Shown piece by piece: positions 1 to 8,636 of a DNA stretch of 44,975 nt (positions within the stretch are counted from its first letter, which is position 1; each line of letters begins with the position of its first letter). The stretch covers positions 1 to 44,975 of the forward strand of contig JBGGMJ010000206.1 of assembly GCA_041288095.1 (NCBI GenBank). The letters run 5' to 3'. A program made the translations under genes and the position numbers. The notes below the pieces were generated by a model. The model was given only the letters and a program-made list of their open reading frames with translations. It was not told the DNA's origin and did no database searches. Source of the DNA: Myxococcota bacterium. Lineage in GTDB: Bacteria; Myxococcota; XYA12-FULL-58-9; JALHOP01.

Positions 1-1086
1 CAACGGTGGGCGCGGCGGATCATCGTCGCTCGACACCGGCGTCGTCACGCTCGCCGTCGGCGGCGTGAGTACCGTCGAAGCGAGCGCGACCAGCTTGAAG
101 TCCGCCTTGGCGCCGATGCCAAAGCGCTCGAAGCCGATGCGCTTGTCGAGCACGGCGGCGATGGCGCGCGCGTCCCCCGCCGTGATCTTGCCCGCGGCCA
201 CCGCGGTGTCGAGGGCGCTGGCGACGGCGCGCGCGACCGTGTCGCTGACCGGCTTCGCGAGGTCGCGCACCATGTCCGCGAAAGCGACCACGGTGCCGGC
301 GCTGAGCTTGCGGCCGGGCCCGAGATCCTTGGTCGCGAACTCGAGCATGTCGAGCGCCTTCAGCCACGTCTCGCTGCTCGTCGGCGAGCCGCCGAGGGCC
401 TGCGCCGTGTTGTTGGCGCGGATGTAGTCTTCGGCGTTGTCGGCGACATCCGCGCGGCCGGCGCGCGCCGCGAGAGCGGCGTCCATGCTGGCGCTCAGCG
501 CCGCGTGTTGCTTGGCGTCGATCTTCCCGGCTTTCAGCAGGTTGTCGAGCGTGCCGTACATGGCGCGGATGTCTTGCACCGAGACCGTGCCGTCGCGCCC
601 CAATGCTTTCTGCCAGAGCGTCGCCAGCTCGGCGGCGGTGATCTCTCCGTCCGCCGCGGCGGAACGCACCTCCTTGGCCAGGAGACCGCGGTCGACGGCG
701 TTCTTGGCCGCCTCGATCGCCGTGCTCAGCTGTTCCTTGGTGAGACTCAAGCTGTCGAACGTCGTGACCGTATCGAGGATCGTCGTGCGGTCGTCCGCTG
801 AACCGGACTCAGACAGGCGGCCGGCGATGGCGGACATGATCGCCTTGCCACGGGCTTCGTCGATGCTGCCGGCCGCGATCTCGGCGGCGAGGGCTTGCTG
901 GACGGCCTTGAGCTCGGCGGCGCTGACTTTACCGTCCGCCTGGATGCGCCCGAGAATCGAACGGTAGTCGAGGTTCGTCCGGCCTTCGACCGCTTCCTGA
1001 ATGCTGAGCCGGATGGCGACGGCGAGAGGAAGACTGGTGTCCATGGAAGTCATGATGCTGCGCTCCGGTTTGAGAATGTCCTGCAC
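1..1086 (-). CDS. Hypothetical Ala-rich helical-repeat protein, C-terminus beyond the window's left edge (not in the ORF track)
   Basis: Manual translation of the minus strand is open from GTG 1086 (GGAGA at 1099-1095; alternative ATG 1053) to base 1: MQDILKPERSIMTSMDTSLPLAVAIRL...DGKVSAAELKAV...DGEITAAELATL...DGTVSVQDI...AGKITAGDARAI...DDDPPRPPL. The + strand ORFs here look like antisense shadows. Confidence 0.8.
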   Translation of the reverse strand, partial: MQDILKPERSIMTSMDTSLPLAVAIRLSIQEAVEGRTNLDYRSILGRIQADGKVSAAELKAVQQALAAEIAAGSIDEARGKAIMSAIAGRLSESGSADDRTTILDTVTTFDSLSLTKEQLSTAIEAAKNAVDRGLLAKEVRSAAADGEITAAELATLWQKALGRDGTVSVQDIRAMYGTLDNLLKAGKIDAKQHAALSASMDAALAARAGRADVADNAEDYIRANNTAQALGGSPTSSETWLKALDMLEFATKDLGPGRKLSAGTVVAFADMVRDLAKPVSDTVARAVASALDTAVAAGKITAGDARAIAAVLDKRIGFERFGIGAKADFKLVALASTVLTPPTASVTTPVSSDDDPPRPPL

Positions 1087-1146
1087 GTGGACTTTCTCCG
1101 GCGGGCGCGGGCGGGGGTGTGAAAGGGGGCATGACACGACGGCTCA

Positions 1147-1166
1147 CTGTCACCTCGAGGTGACAG
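1147..1166. promoter_or_regulatory. Perfect 20-bp palindrome CTGTCACCTCGAGGTGACAG (TGT-N12-ACA); candidate operator or hairpin
   Basis: Self-complementary by inspection; flanked by CTCA/TGAG with one bulged base; lies between the regulator stop and the helical-repeat gene start. Function is inferred. Confidence 0.5.
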
Positions 1167-1177
1167 GTGAGGCGGCA

Positions 1178-2431
1178 CTAGGTCGGGATGCGGTGGCGCC
1201 GCAGCAGCTCGTGCAGGTGCTTACGCGAGATCTTGGCCTCGCGCGCGGCGGCGGAGACGTTGCCGTCGTGGCGTTGCAGGAGGTCCGCCACGTATTGCGC
1301 CTCGAAGGTCGTGACGATGCGCTCGCGGCTGCCCTTGTAAGACGTATCCGTGCTCTCGTTGGCGATGAGGGTGGGGCGGGCGCCGGCCTCGAGCCCGACC
1401 GCGAGGGTGCGCAACACGGCGGCGCGTAGCTCGCGCAAGTTGCCCGGCCAGGGCTGACTGCCGAGATGGGCGAGCTCCGCTGGTCCTAGCGTCGCGCCCT
1501 TGCCGTCGGTGTTGGCGATCGCCGCGGCGATCAGCTTGATGTCCTCGGGCCGCTCGCGCAGCGGCGGCACGACCATCATGACCACGGCGAGGCGCTGCTC
1601 GAGCTCCGTGCGCAATCGCGTACCGTCGAGCGCGCGCTGCGACGAAGCGATGACGCGGACATTGACGCGTCGCCGCACCTGCTCGCCGGCGCGGCGGTAT
1701 TCGTTGTGCTCGAGCACGCGCGCGAGGAGGGTCTGCAGTGGCGCGGGGAGGGCGTCGACGTCTTCGAGATATAGCGTGCCGCCGTCCGCCCGTTCGAACG
1801 CACCGGGTCTGCCCGAGCGGCCCGCGAGCTCGTGCAGCAAGCCTTCCTCGTCGGCGCCGCTACAGGTCACCGCGACGAAGGGACCCTCGGTGCGCCGGCT
1901 CTTCTTGTGAACGATGCGGGCGATGCGCTCCTTGCCGGTGCCGCTCTCGCCGACGATGACGACGTTGACGTCGCTCGCCTCGAGTCGCGTCAGCGTCGCG
2001 AAGACGCGGCGCATCGCCAAGCTCTCGCCGACCAGATCGCCGTAGCTCGTCGGCGCCGAGGACGCCGCGAGATCGTTCATGGCGAGCGGCAACAGGGCGA
2101 TGGTCGTATCGCCGACGGTGATGCTGGCCCCGTGCGGGACGCGGGCGCGCTCGATGCGCGAGCCCAGGTAGAAGGTGCCGTTACGGCTGCGCAGGTCCTC
2201 GACGGTGATGCCGCCATGGTCGATCGCCAATGAGACATGCCGCCGCGAGACGCGTCCGTCCTTGAGCGGGAGCTCGCAATCCGACGACCGCCCGATGAAC
2301 GCGGTGCCGCGCATCAGAGCCACGGACCGGCCAACGTCGTCTTCGTCGCCCGCGGTGACAAGGAGCCGGCAGCCAATCGGCGGCCCGCTTTCGCTCCGCG
2401 CCAGCTCGTCGGTTTCCTCGTGAAGGGTCAT
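1178..2431 (-). CDS. FHA + sigma54-activator-type AAA+ + Fis-HTH regulator lacking GAFTGA
   Basis: FHA motifs IGRSSDC...VSRRH...DLRSRNGT; Walker A GESGTGKE; WPGNLREL; C-terminal GNVSAAAREAKISRKHL HTH. Confidence 0.9.
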   Translation of the reverse strand: MTLHEETDELARSESGPPIGCRLLVTAGDEDDVGRSVALMRGTAFIGRSSDCELPLKDGRVSRRHVSLAIDHGGITVEDLRSRNGTFYLGSRIERARVPHGASITVGDTTIALLPLAMNDLAASSAPTSYGDLVGESLAMRRVFATLTRLEASDVNVVIVGESGTGKERIARIVHKKSRRTEGPFVAVTCSGADEEGLLHELAGRSGRPGAFERADGGTLYLEDVDALPAPLQTLLARVLEHNEYRRAGEQVRRRVNVRVIASSQRALDGTRLRTELEQRLAVVMMVVPPLRERPEDIKLIAAAIANTDGKGATLGPAELAHLGSQPWPGNLRELRAAVLRTLAVGLEAGARPTLIANESTDTSYKGSRERIVTTFEAQYVADLLQRHDGNVSAAAREAKISRKHLHELLRRHRIPT

Positions 2432-2479
2432 CGGCGTTCCCTAGAGGACATACTCCGGTTCGCGTACCGAAGGCTCGCC

Positions 2480-2509
2480 TTGACAGTGCTCGAGTCACTG
2501 GCGTAGGCA
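2480..2509 (+). promoter_or_regulatory. Possible sigma70 promoter of the tRNA
   Basis: TTGACA at 2480-2485, 18-bp spacer, weak -10 TAGGCA at 2504-2509, just upstream of the tRNA. Confidence 0.35.
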
Positions 2510-2536
2510 GCGTTGCCCCCGCGGGCATGTACGGAC

Positions 2537-2611
2537 GCCAAGATAGCTCAGGGGTAGAGCAGCTGATTCGTAATCAGCAGGTCGTGGGTTCAATTCCCAT
2601 TCTTGGCTCCA
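2537..2611 (+). tRNA. tRNA-Thr (anticodon CGT)
   Basis: Acceptor stem GCCAAGA/TCTTGGC, D arm TAGCTCAGGGGTAGAGC, anticodon arm CTGATTCGTAATCAG, T loop GGTTCAATTCCC, encoded CCA. Confidence 0.97.
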
Positions 2612-3746
2612 TTTCATCCCCCTCCCGCACCGCCCGCAAAGCCCGCAGCCAGCCGTCGGTGACGCGCTCGGCGACGCGCAGCTCACCGCGCCGGCGGCGT
2701 CCATCACGGCCGGCGGGCTTGCCTAGGCGGGCTCGGGTGTAGCGAGCCAAGTAGGCTCCGCGGGTGCGGCGAACGTCGAAGCGATCCTCCGCGGCGGCGC
2801 GGCATGCGGCTCCCGAGATCTCGTCGATTCTGCGCAGCGCGACGGCCATGGCCTCCACGTCGTCGGCGAGCCAGCCGGTGATGCCGTCTTCGACGAGGCT
2901 TGCGAGAGCCCCGCGTCGCGTCGCGATCACCGGTGTTCCCGAAGCCAGGGACTCCATCACGTGGATGGAGGTCGCGGCGTCGAATTGGCTCGGCACCATC
3001 AGGACGCGAGCCCGCGCCAAGAGCTCGCGCCGACCGGCGCCGTCGAGAGGGCCGATGAACTGTCGTTCATCGTCGAGCAGCGGCAAGATGACCTGGTCGA
3101 AGTACTCTTCATGCTCAGCCACCGGCAGCACTTGTCCGGATAAGCGGACCGCCACTCCCGCCGCTCTGGCAGCACGCAGAGCCAACTCGATACCCGAGGC
3201 GGGGAAAATTGGCCCCATGAGGACCGCGTAGCTCTGTTTTGCCGCGCGTGGCGCGAAGCGCTGCAGCTCGACTCCGAGCGGGATGATGTCGAGCGGCACG
3301 TCGTCACGTCCGAAACGTCGTCGCTGATCTTCAGAAACGCACACCAACTCCAATCGCTTGCCCGCGTTTTCGAAGAGCTCTTCGGGATAGTCGGCAAGCG
3401 GCTGATGCAGGGTTAGAAACGTCGGCAACGCCACGTCCGGGAGACATTGCAGCGCCTCGGCGCTGTGCACGTGGATGACATCCACAGCGGACTCGCGCAG
3501 CGCCTTGTCGATGGCTCGCTTGATGCATTCCTGAGCCTTTACGAGAGCGGTGCTCGCGTGCCGTCCACCGATGAGTGGCAGCGGGTAGAGCACGCCGCGG
3601 ACGGCGGTACCGAAGCGCGCGACCACGCGTGAGCTGTGACCCTCGCGCGCCAGCGCGGAGTCGAGTGTTTTGATGAGCTGTTCGCTACCGTCGACAGCGC
3701 AGGGAGCGATGGTGGATCTCGGATCGGCGACGTTGAGGATGACCAT
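2574..3746 (-). CDS. GT4-family glycosyltransferase-like protein with degenerate donor-binding motifs
   Basis: GT-B features (GSEQ...DVIHVH...IIPLGV...MESLASGTPVIATRRGALASLVEDGITGWL). Likely start MVILNV at 3746 (alternative 3785). The 3' end overlaps the tRNA antisense. Confidence 0.85.
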   Translation of the reverse strand: MVILNVADPRSTIAPCAVDGSEQLIKTLDSALAREGHSSRVVARFGTAVRGVLYPLPLIGGRHASTALVKAQECIKRAIDKALRESAVDVIHVHSAEALQCLPDVALPTFLTLHQPLADYPEELFENAGKRLELVCVSEDQRRRFGRDDVPLDIIPLGVELQRFAPRAAKQSYAVLMGPIFPASGIELALRAARAAGVAVRLSGQVLPVAEHEEYFDQVILPLLDDERQFIGPLDGAGRRELLARARVLMVPSQFDAATSIHVMESLASGTPVIATRRGALASLVEDGITGWLADDVEAMAVALRRIDEISGAACRAAAEDRFDVRRTRGAYLARYTRARLGKPAGRDGRRRRGELRVAERVTDGWLRALRAVREGDEMEPRMGIEPTTC

Positions 3747-3885
3747 GGTGGAGTCCCGCGAAACGGAGTCCTCGAGGATGCGCATTCCCTGCCATCCGCG
3801 CAGCTCGGAAAACGACTTAGTCCCACTTTTCCCCTCGCCAGTCGTTGTCAAGGCGGCTAAAGCAGACCATCACCAAGGCAGCCAC

Positions 3886-6459
3886 ATGGCCCACGTCGAT
3901 GACCGAGTAGCTCCGGACTCTTCCGAGCCCTCATCGTCACAAGGCCACTCTGCTATGGCGGACTCCGCTGCCGTCGCTCCGGCGCGCGTCGTCGGCATTG
4001 GCGCGTCCGCGGGCGGCCTCGAAGCCTTCACGGCGCTGCTGCGGCACTTCGAGCTCGACAGCATGGCCTTCGTGGTCATTCAACACCTGGCGCCGGACCA
4101 GCCGAGCATTCTGCCCGAGCTCCTCGAGCGCGTGACGCCGATGAAGGTCGTCACCGCGACGCATGGCGCGCGTGTCCTGACGAACCACGTTTACATCATC
4201 CCGCCGGGAAAGGCGCTGCGCATCGAGGACGATGTGCTGCAGCTGGCGCCGTTCGACGAGACGAACCGCGCGCGGCCGACCATCGACATCTTTTTCCGCT
4301 CGCTCGCGGAAGACCTGCGCTCGCGCGCCGCCGGCGTCGTTCTGTCCGGCAACGGCAGCGACGGCACCTTGGGCTTGAAGGAGATCAAGGACGCGGGGGG
4401 CATCACCTTCGTGCAGGACCCTGCGACGGCGCAGTTCGACGGCATGCCTCGCAGCGCCATCGACAAAGGCGTCGCGGACTACGTCCTGCCGCCGCGCGAG
4501 ATTGCAAAAGAGCTCATGCGGCTCTCGAAACATCCTGACACGCGCTTTCCGGCGGAGGACGCCGCGCCGCAGCGCGAAGGTCTGACGCGGCTGTTCGCGA
4601 TGATGCGACACGCATTCGGGGTCAACCTCGCGTACTACAAGCCGAGCACGCTCGAGCGCCGTGTCAGCCGCCGGATGGTGCTGCAGAAGGTCGACACGCT
4701 CGACGAATACGTTACCTACCTCGAGCGCACTCCGGAGGAGCTCGATGTCCTCTATCGCGACCTGCTCATCGGGGTCACCAACTTCTTCCGCGATGGCACG
4801 CCGTTCGACGCGCTGAAGACGGCGGTCTTCCCGCTGATGATGGCGGACAAGCGTCTCGGTGACGCCATTCGCATCTGGTCACCCGGCTGCTCTACCGGCG
4901 AAGAAGTCTATAGCTTGGCCATCGCACTCCTCGAGCTCCTCGGGCCCACGTCCGCCGACTACAAGATTCAGATCTTCGGCACCGATCTGGATGAGACAGC
5001 CATTCAGTTCGCGCGGCGGGGCGTCTATCACGAGAGCATCACCCTCGACGTTTCAGCGGACCGCTTGCAACGCTTTTTCACGAGGCATGGCGCGACCTAT
5101 CAAGTGAACCGGCGCGTACGGGACCTCATCGTCTTCTCCTCCCAGGATCTCACGCACGACGCGCCGTTCTCCCACCTCGACGTGGTGAGCTGCCGTAACG
5201 TGCTCATCTACTTGCAGCCCGAGGTACAGAAGCGGGTCCTGCGCATCTTCCACTACGCTCTCGCGCCCAGCGGCTTCATGCTGCTCGGAAGCTCCGAGAC
5301 GGTGGGTGATGCCTCGGAGCTCTTCACGGTTGTCGACCGTGGCAACAAGATCTTCGGCAAGCGCAGCGTCGTGCCTCACGGGCCGCTCGAGCTTGCCTTC
5401 GTCAGCAGCCGCAATAACGGACCGTCCGAGCCGGCCCTCGTCGGTCTGCGCCGGCCGCTCGCCAATATCCAGCAGCTCGCGGATCGCAAGGTACTCGAGC
5501 GCTATGGACCGCCCGGCATCGTCGTCAACGAGAACCTCGAGATCGTGCAATTCCGGGGGCGTACGGGCGGCTACCTCGAGCCGGCTCCTGGCGCCGCGAC
5601 CTTCAACCTGATGAAGCTGGCGCGCTCCGAGCTCTTGCCGGAGCTCCGCCATTGCATCCAGCAGGCCATGCAAGACACTCCGGCGGTCAGCGGGCGCGTG
5701 AAGCTCCGCGAGCGTGATCAGACGCGAGTCGTCAACATCGACGTCATTCCGCTGATCGAGCCCGAGACCAAGACGCGCTGCTTCCTCGTGGTATTCCGCG
5801 ACGAACGGCCCCATGTGCTGAACCCCAATGAGGCGACAGTCTTGGACTCGGCGTCGCACGCGGCCGCCGAGCGCGTCGGTGAGCTCGAGCGCGAGCTGGC
5901 CGTCGCCAAGGAGTACTTGCAGACGACCATCGAGGAGCTCGAGGCGTCGAACGAGGAGCTCAAGGCCGCCAACGAAGAACTTCAGTCCGCGAACGAAGAG
6001 CTGCAGAGCACCAACGAAGAGCTCGAGACCGCGAAGGAAGAGCTGCAGGCGACCAACGAAGAGCTCACCACCGTCAACGAAGAGCTCAACAGCCGCATGT
6101 CGGAGCTCACGCAAGCTACCGACGACATCCAGAACGTCGCCGCGACCGTCCGCGACGCTGTCGTCATCGTCGACAACGACCGCAAGATCCGCCGCTTCAG
6201 CAAGTCAGCCGAGCGCATCCTGCACCTCATCGCCGCGGATGTCGGGCGCCCGGTGTCGCTGCTCGACCGTTTTCTAGGACGCGACCAGAGCAATCGTCTC
6301 GTAGGGGAAGCGATCGAAGGTCTGCAGAGAGTCGACCGTGAAGTCACCGGCGCCGATGAGCGCCGTTATGTCGTCAGCATCACGCCGTACAAAACCAGTG
6401 ACCTAGCCATTCGTGGCGCCGTGATCGTGCTCGCAAGTCGGGAGAGCGTGGGGGAGTAA
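3886..6459 (+). CDS. CheB methylesterase / CheR methyltransferase fusion with PAS domains and a coiled coil
   Basis: GIGASAGG, QHLAP, LSGNGSDG (CheB); VTNFFRD, WSPGCSTGEEVYS, SCRNVLIY (CheR); EELQSxN heptads. Start placed at ATG 3886 (alternative 3955). Confidence 0.93.
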   Translation: MAHVDDRVAPDSSEPSSSQGHSAMADSAAVAPARVVGIGASAGGLEAFTALLRHFELDSMAFVVIQHLAPDQPSILPELLERVTPMKVVTATHGARVLTNHVYIIPPGKALRIEDDVLQLAPFDETNRARPTIDIFFRSLAEDLRSRAAGVVLSGNGSDGTLGLKEIKDAGGITFVQDPATAQFDGMPRSAIDKGVADYVLPPREIAKELMRLSKHPDTRFPAEDAAPQREGLTRLFAMMRHAFGVNLAYYKPSTLERRVSRRMVLQKVDTLDEYVTYLERTPEELDVLYRDLLIGVTNFFRDGTPFDALKTAVFPLMMADKRLGDAIRIWSPGCSTGEEVYSLAIALLELLGPTSADYKIQIFGTDLDETAIQFARRGVYHESITLDVSADRLQRFFTRHGATYQVNRRVRDLIVFSSQDLTHDAPFSHLDVVSCRNVLIYLQPEVQKRVLRIFHYALAPSGFMLLGSSETVGDASELFTVVDRGNKIFGKRSVVPHGPLELAFVSSRNNGPSEPALVGLRRPLANIQQLADRKVLERYGPPGIVVNENLEIVQFRGRTGGYLEPAPGAATFNLMKLARSELLPELRHCIQQAMQDTPAVSGRVKLRERDQTRVVNIDVIPLIEPETKTRCFLVVFRDERPHVLNPNEATVLDSASHAAAERVGELERELAVAKEYLQTTIEELEASNEELKAANEELQSANEELQSTNEELETAKEELQATNEELTTVNEELNSRMSELTQATDDIQNVAATVRDAVVIVDNDRKIRRFSKSAERILHLIAADVGRPVSLLDRFLGRDQSNRLVGEAIEGLQRVDREVTGADERRYVVSITPYKTSDLAIRGAVIVLASRESVGE
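5932..6087 (+). repeat. Degenerate 21-nt tandem repeat encoding about 8 EEL-x-x-x-N heptads
   Basis: Encodes EELEASN EELKAAN EELQSAN EELQSTN EELETAK EELQATN EELTTVN EEL. Confidence 0.85.
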
Positions 6460-6463
6460 TGTC

Positions 6464-8632
6464 ATGACCAGCTATCAAACGTTGTCACAACAGGAGCTGC
6501 TTTCCGAGCTCAACCGCCTGTTGTCGAATCGGCGCGAGCTTTCCGAGGGCCTTTCGACGCCCGAAGAGACCGCCTGGGCGATGCACGAGCTCGCGGTGCA
6601 CCAGGTCGAGCTCGAGATGCAGAACCGCGAGCTCGAGCGCACGCAGCGCGCCGCCGAGGAGGCGAAGAACCGCTACCGGCGGCTCTATGACTTCGCCCCT
6701 GTCGGCTATTGCAGCCTGGATGCCAGCGGCCGCGTCATCGAGCTCAACCTGACGGCGGCGAATATTTTGCGCGGAGACCGATCGTTTTGCATCGGGGAGG
6801 CTTTCGAAGCGCTTTGCCCGCCGCTCAAGCTCGACTCCTTCCGTACCCACTTCGCCGCCTGCGAGAGCCGCGGTGCCCTCGTCACGAGTGATGTTTGGGT
6901 GGCCATCGAAGGCCGCGGCTGGGTGCCTCTCGAGTTCCGTTCCGAGCCCGAGCTGCGTGACGGTAGGCTCGTTGGCTTCAATACCTTGATCATCGAGCGT
7001 CAGCGCGAGGAGGACGGCCGTCGTCTCATCGACGATGTGCGGCGCGCATTGGTCAACGCGTCGCCGCATCGCGTGAACCTGCAAGCCATCGCCGAGCTGG
7101 TCGCGACCCGCTTCGCCGACGTCTGTATCATCGAGTCGCTCGACGTTCTCGGAGAGCTGAGCCTGCTCGGCGCGCACGGTAGCGCCGATGCGCTGCGCGT
7201 GATCAGCGCTGGTCGGCCGGCCCGTTTTCCCTCCGACACGCGTGGCGCGCCGCGGGTCGCCCGCAGTGGTGATCCGGAGATGGAGGACTTCCGCTTCGAG
7301 CGGCGCCAACCCGTGGCGAAGCTGGGCCCGGAGTACTGTCCGTTTTTGCGGCAGCTCGAGCCGTCGTCGTACATGTCCGTACCGCTGCGTGCCAAGGCTC
7401 AGCTGCTCGGTGTGTTGACGCTGGTGATGCGCGAGACCGGGCGAGGCTACGAGGAACGTGACCTACGCGTGGCGCTCGAGCTCGCGGGGTCGATTGCCTG
7501 GGTGCTCGAAAACGCCCGCCAGCTCGCCGAGACTCAGCGTCAGATCCAGCTGCGTCAGGACCTGCTGGCGCTCGTGGCTCACGACTTGCGGACTCCCCTC
7601 AACGCCATGCGCGTGGCATCAGAGCTCTTCCTCGTTGGAGACTCTCCCAACGAGGCGGCGCGCACACAGGCGGGTGTGGTGAAACGCTCCGTCGATACGA
7701 TGGCGCGCATGATCGAGGACCTGCTGGACTTCTCGAGCGTCGAGGCGGGGAGGTTGTCGCTCCAGCGCGAGCCCACCGACCTCGCCGAGATTCTACTCAC
7801 GGCACTCGACATGCTACGCCCGTCGGCGGACAAGAAGGGAATCTCGCTGGTGATGGGGGAGCCACTGCCCGCGGCGCACGTTCTCTGCGATCGGCACCGC
7901 ATCCTCCAGGTACTCATCAACCTCGGTGAGAACGCCATCAAGTTCACGACCAAAGGCGAGGTTTGTCTCTCAGCGAAGCTGATCGGCCCCGAGGTTCACG
8001 TTGCCGTATGCGATAGCGGACCCGGGATTCCGTCGGAATTGTTGCCTCACGTTTTCGAGCGTTATTGGCGGCCACGCAAGAGCGCCAACCGCAGTGGACG
8101 TGGCCTCGGGCTGTTCATCGCGCGTGGCATCGTCGAGGGACACGACGGGCGCATCTGGGTCGAAAGCCCGCCCGGTCAGGGCGCGCGCTTCACCTTCGTG
8201 TTGCCTGTGTCGACCAACGCGGAGCCCATGAAGCCACAGGCGACCCCCGTTGGTCCGTCTCGCGCGCACGGGATAGGGCATATCGTGCTCATCGTCGAAG
8301 ACGACGTGGAGAGCCGATCGCTATTGCGGGATGTGCTGATGCGCAAACACTATCGCGTCCACACCGCGAGCAACGGACGCGAGGCGCTCGAGCTCGCGCG
8401 CCTGGTGCGACCCGAGGTCATGCTGCTCGATCTATCGATGCCGACCATGGACGGGGCACAGTTCGTTCGCGCGGCTCGGGCGGATGAAGCGCTGCGCCAG
8501 GTTCCGGTGATTCTCGTCTCGGGCGACGCGGACCTGAGGCAGACCGCGCGTGAGCTGCGCGTTGCCGCCTGGGTCGCCAAACCCATTCAAGTCGATTCGC
8601 TGGTTACGGCAATCGAGTCGGCCTTAGCTTAG
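6464..8632 (+). CDS. Hybrid sensor histidine kinase (PAS-GAF-HisKA-HATPase-REC)
   Basis: H-box VAHDLRTPL; N box NLGENAIKFT; DSGPGI; GRGLGL; receiver LLDLSMPTMDG. Confidence 0.93.
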   Translation: MTSYQTLSQQELLSELNRLLSNRRELSEGLSTPEETAWAMHELAVHQVELEMQNRELERTQRAAEEAKNRYRRLYDFAPVGYCSLDASGRVIELNLTAANILRGDRSFCIGEAFEALCPPLKLDSFRTHFAACESRGALVTSDVWVAIEGRGWVPLEFRSEPELRDGRLVGFNTLIIERQREEDGRRLIDDVRRALVNASPHRVNLQAIAELVATRFADVCIIESLDVLGELSLLGAHGSADALRVISAGRPARFPSDTRGAPRVARSGDPEMEDFRFERRQPVAKLGPEYCPFLRQLEPSSYMSVPLRAKAQLLGVLTLVMRETGRGYEERDLRVALELAGSIAWVLENARQLAETQRQIQLRQDLLALVAHDLRTPLNAMRVASELFLVGDSPNEAARTQAGVVKRSVDTMARMIEDLLDFSSVEAGRLSLQREPTDLAEILLTALDMLRPSADKKGISLVMGEPLPAAHVLCDRHRILQVLINLGENAIKFTTKGEVCLSAKLIGPEVHVAVCDSGPGIPSELLPHVFERYWRPRKSANRSGRGLGLFIARGIVEGHDGRIWVESPPGQGARFTFVLPVSTNAEPMKPQATPVGPSRAHGIGHIVLIVEDDVESRSLLRDVLMRKHYRVHTASNGREALELARLVRPEVMLLDLSMPTMDGAQFVRAARADEALRQVPVILVSGDADLRQTARELRVAAWVAKPIQVDSLVTAIESALA

Positions 8633-8636
8633 AGCC

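Noticed and set aside
65..967. + strand ORFs 65-427 and 437-967
   Set aside because: Ser/Ala/Arg-rich antisense shadows of the real minus-strand gene 1-1086.
1118..1137. Possible sigma54 promoter (minus strand TGTCATGCCCCCTTTC) upstream of the helical-repeat gene
   Set aside because: Lacks the invariant -24 GG and -12 GC.
3670..3885. N-terminal extensions of the CheB/CheR ORF (from 3670) and GT ORF (from 3851)
   Set aside because: They overlap head-to-head and have no domain content; downstream starts fit better.
5932..6087. 21-nt periodic repeat as a CRISPR array or VNTR
   Set aside because: In frame, degenerate at wobble positions and without spacers; it encodes a coiled coil.
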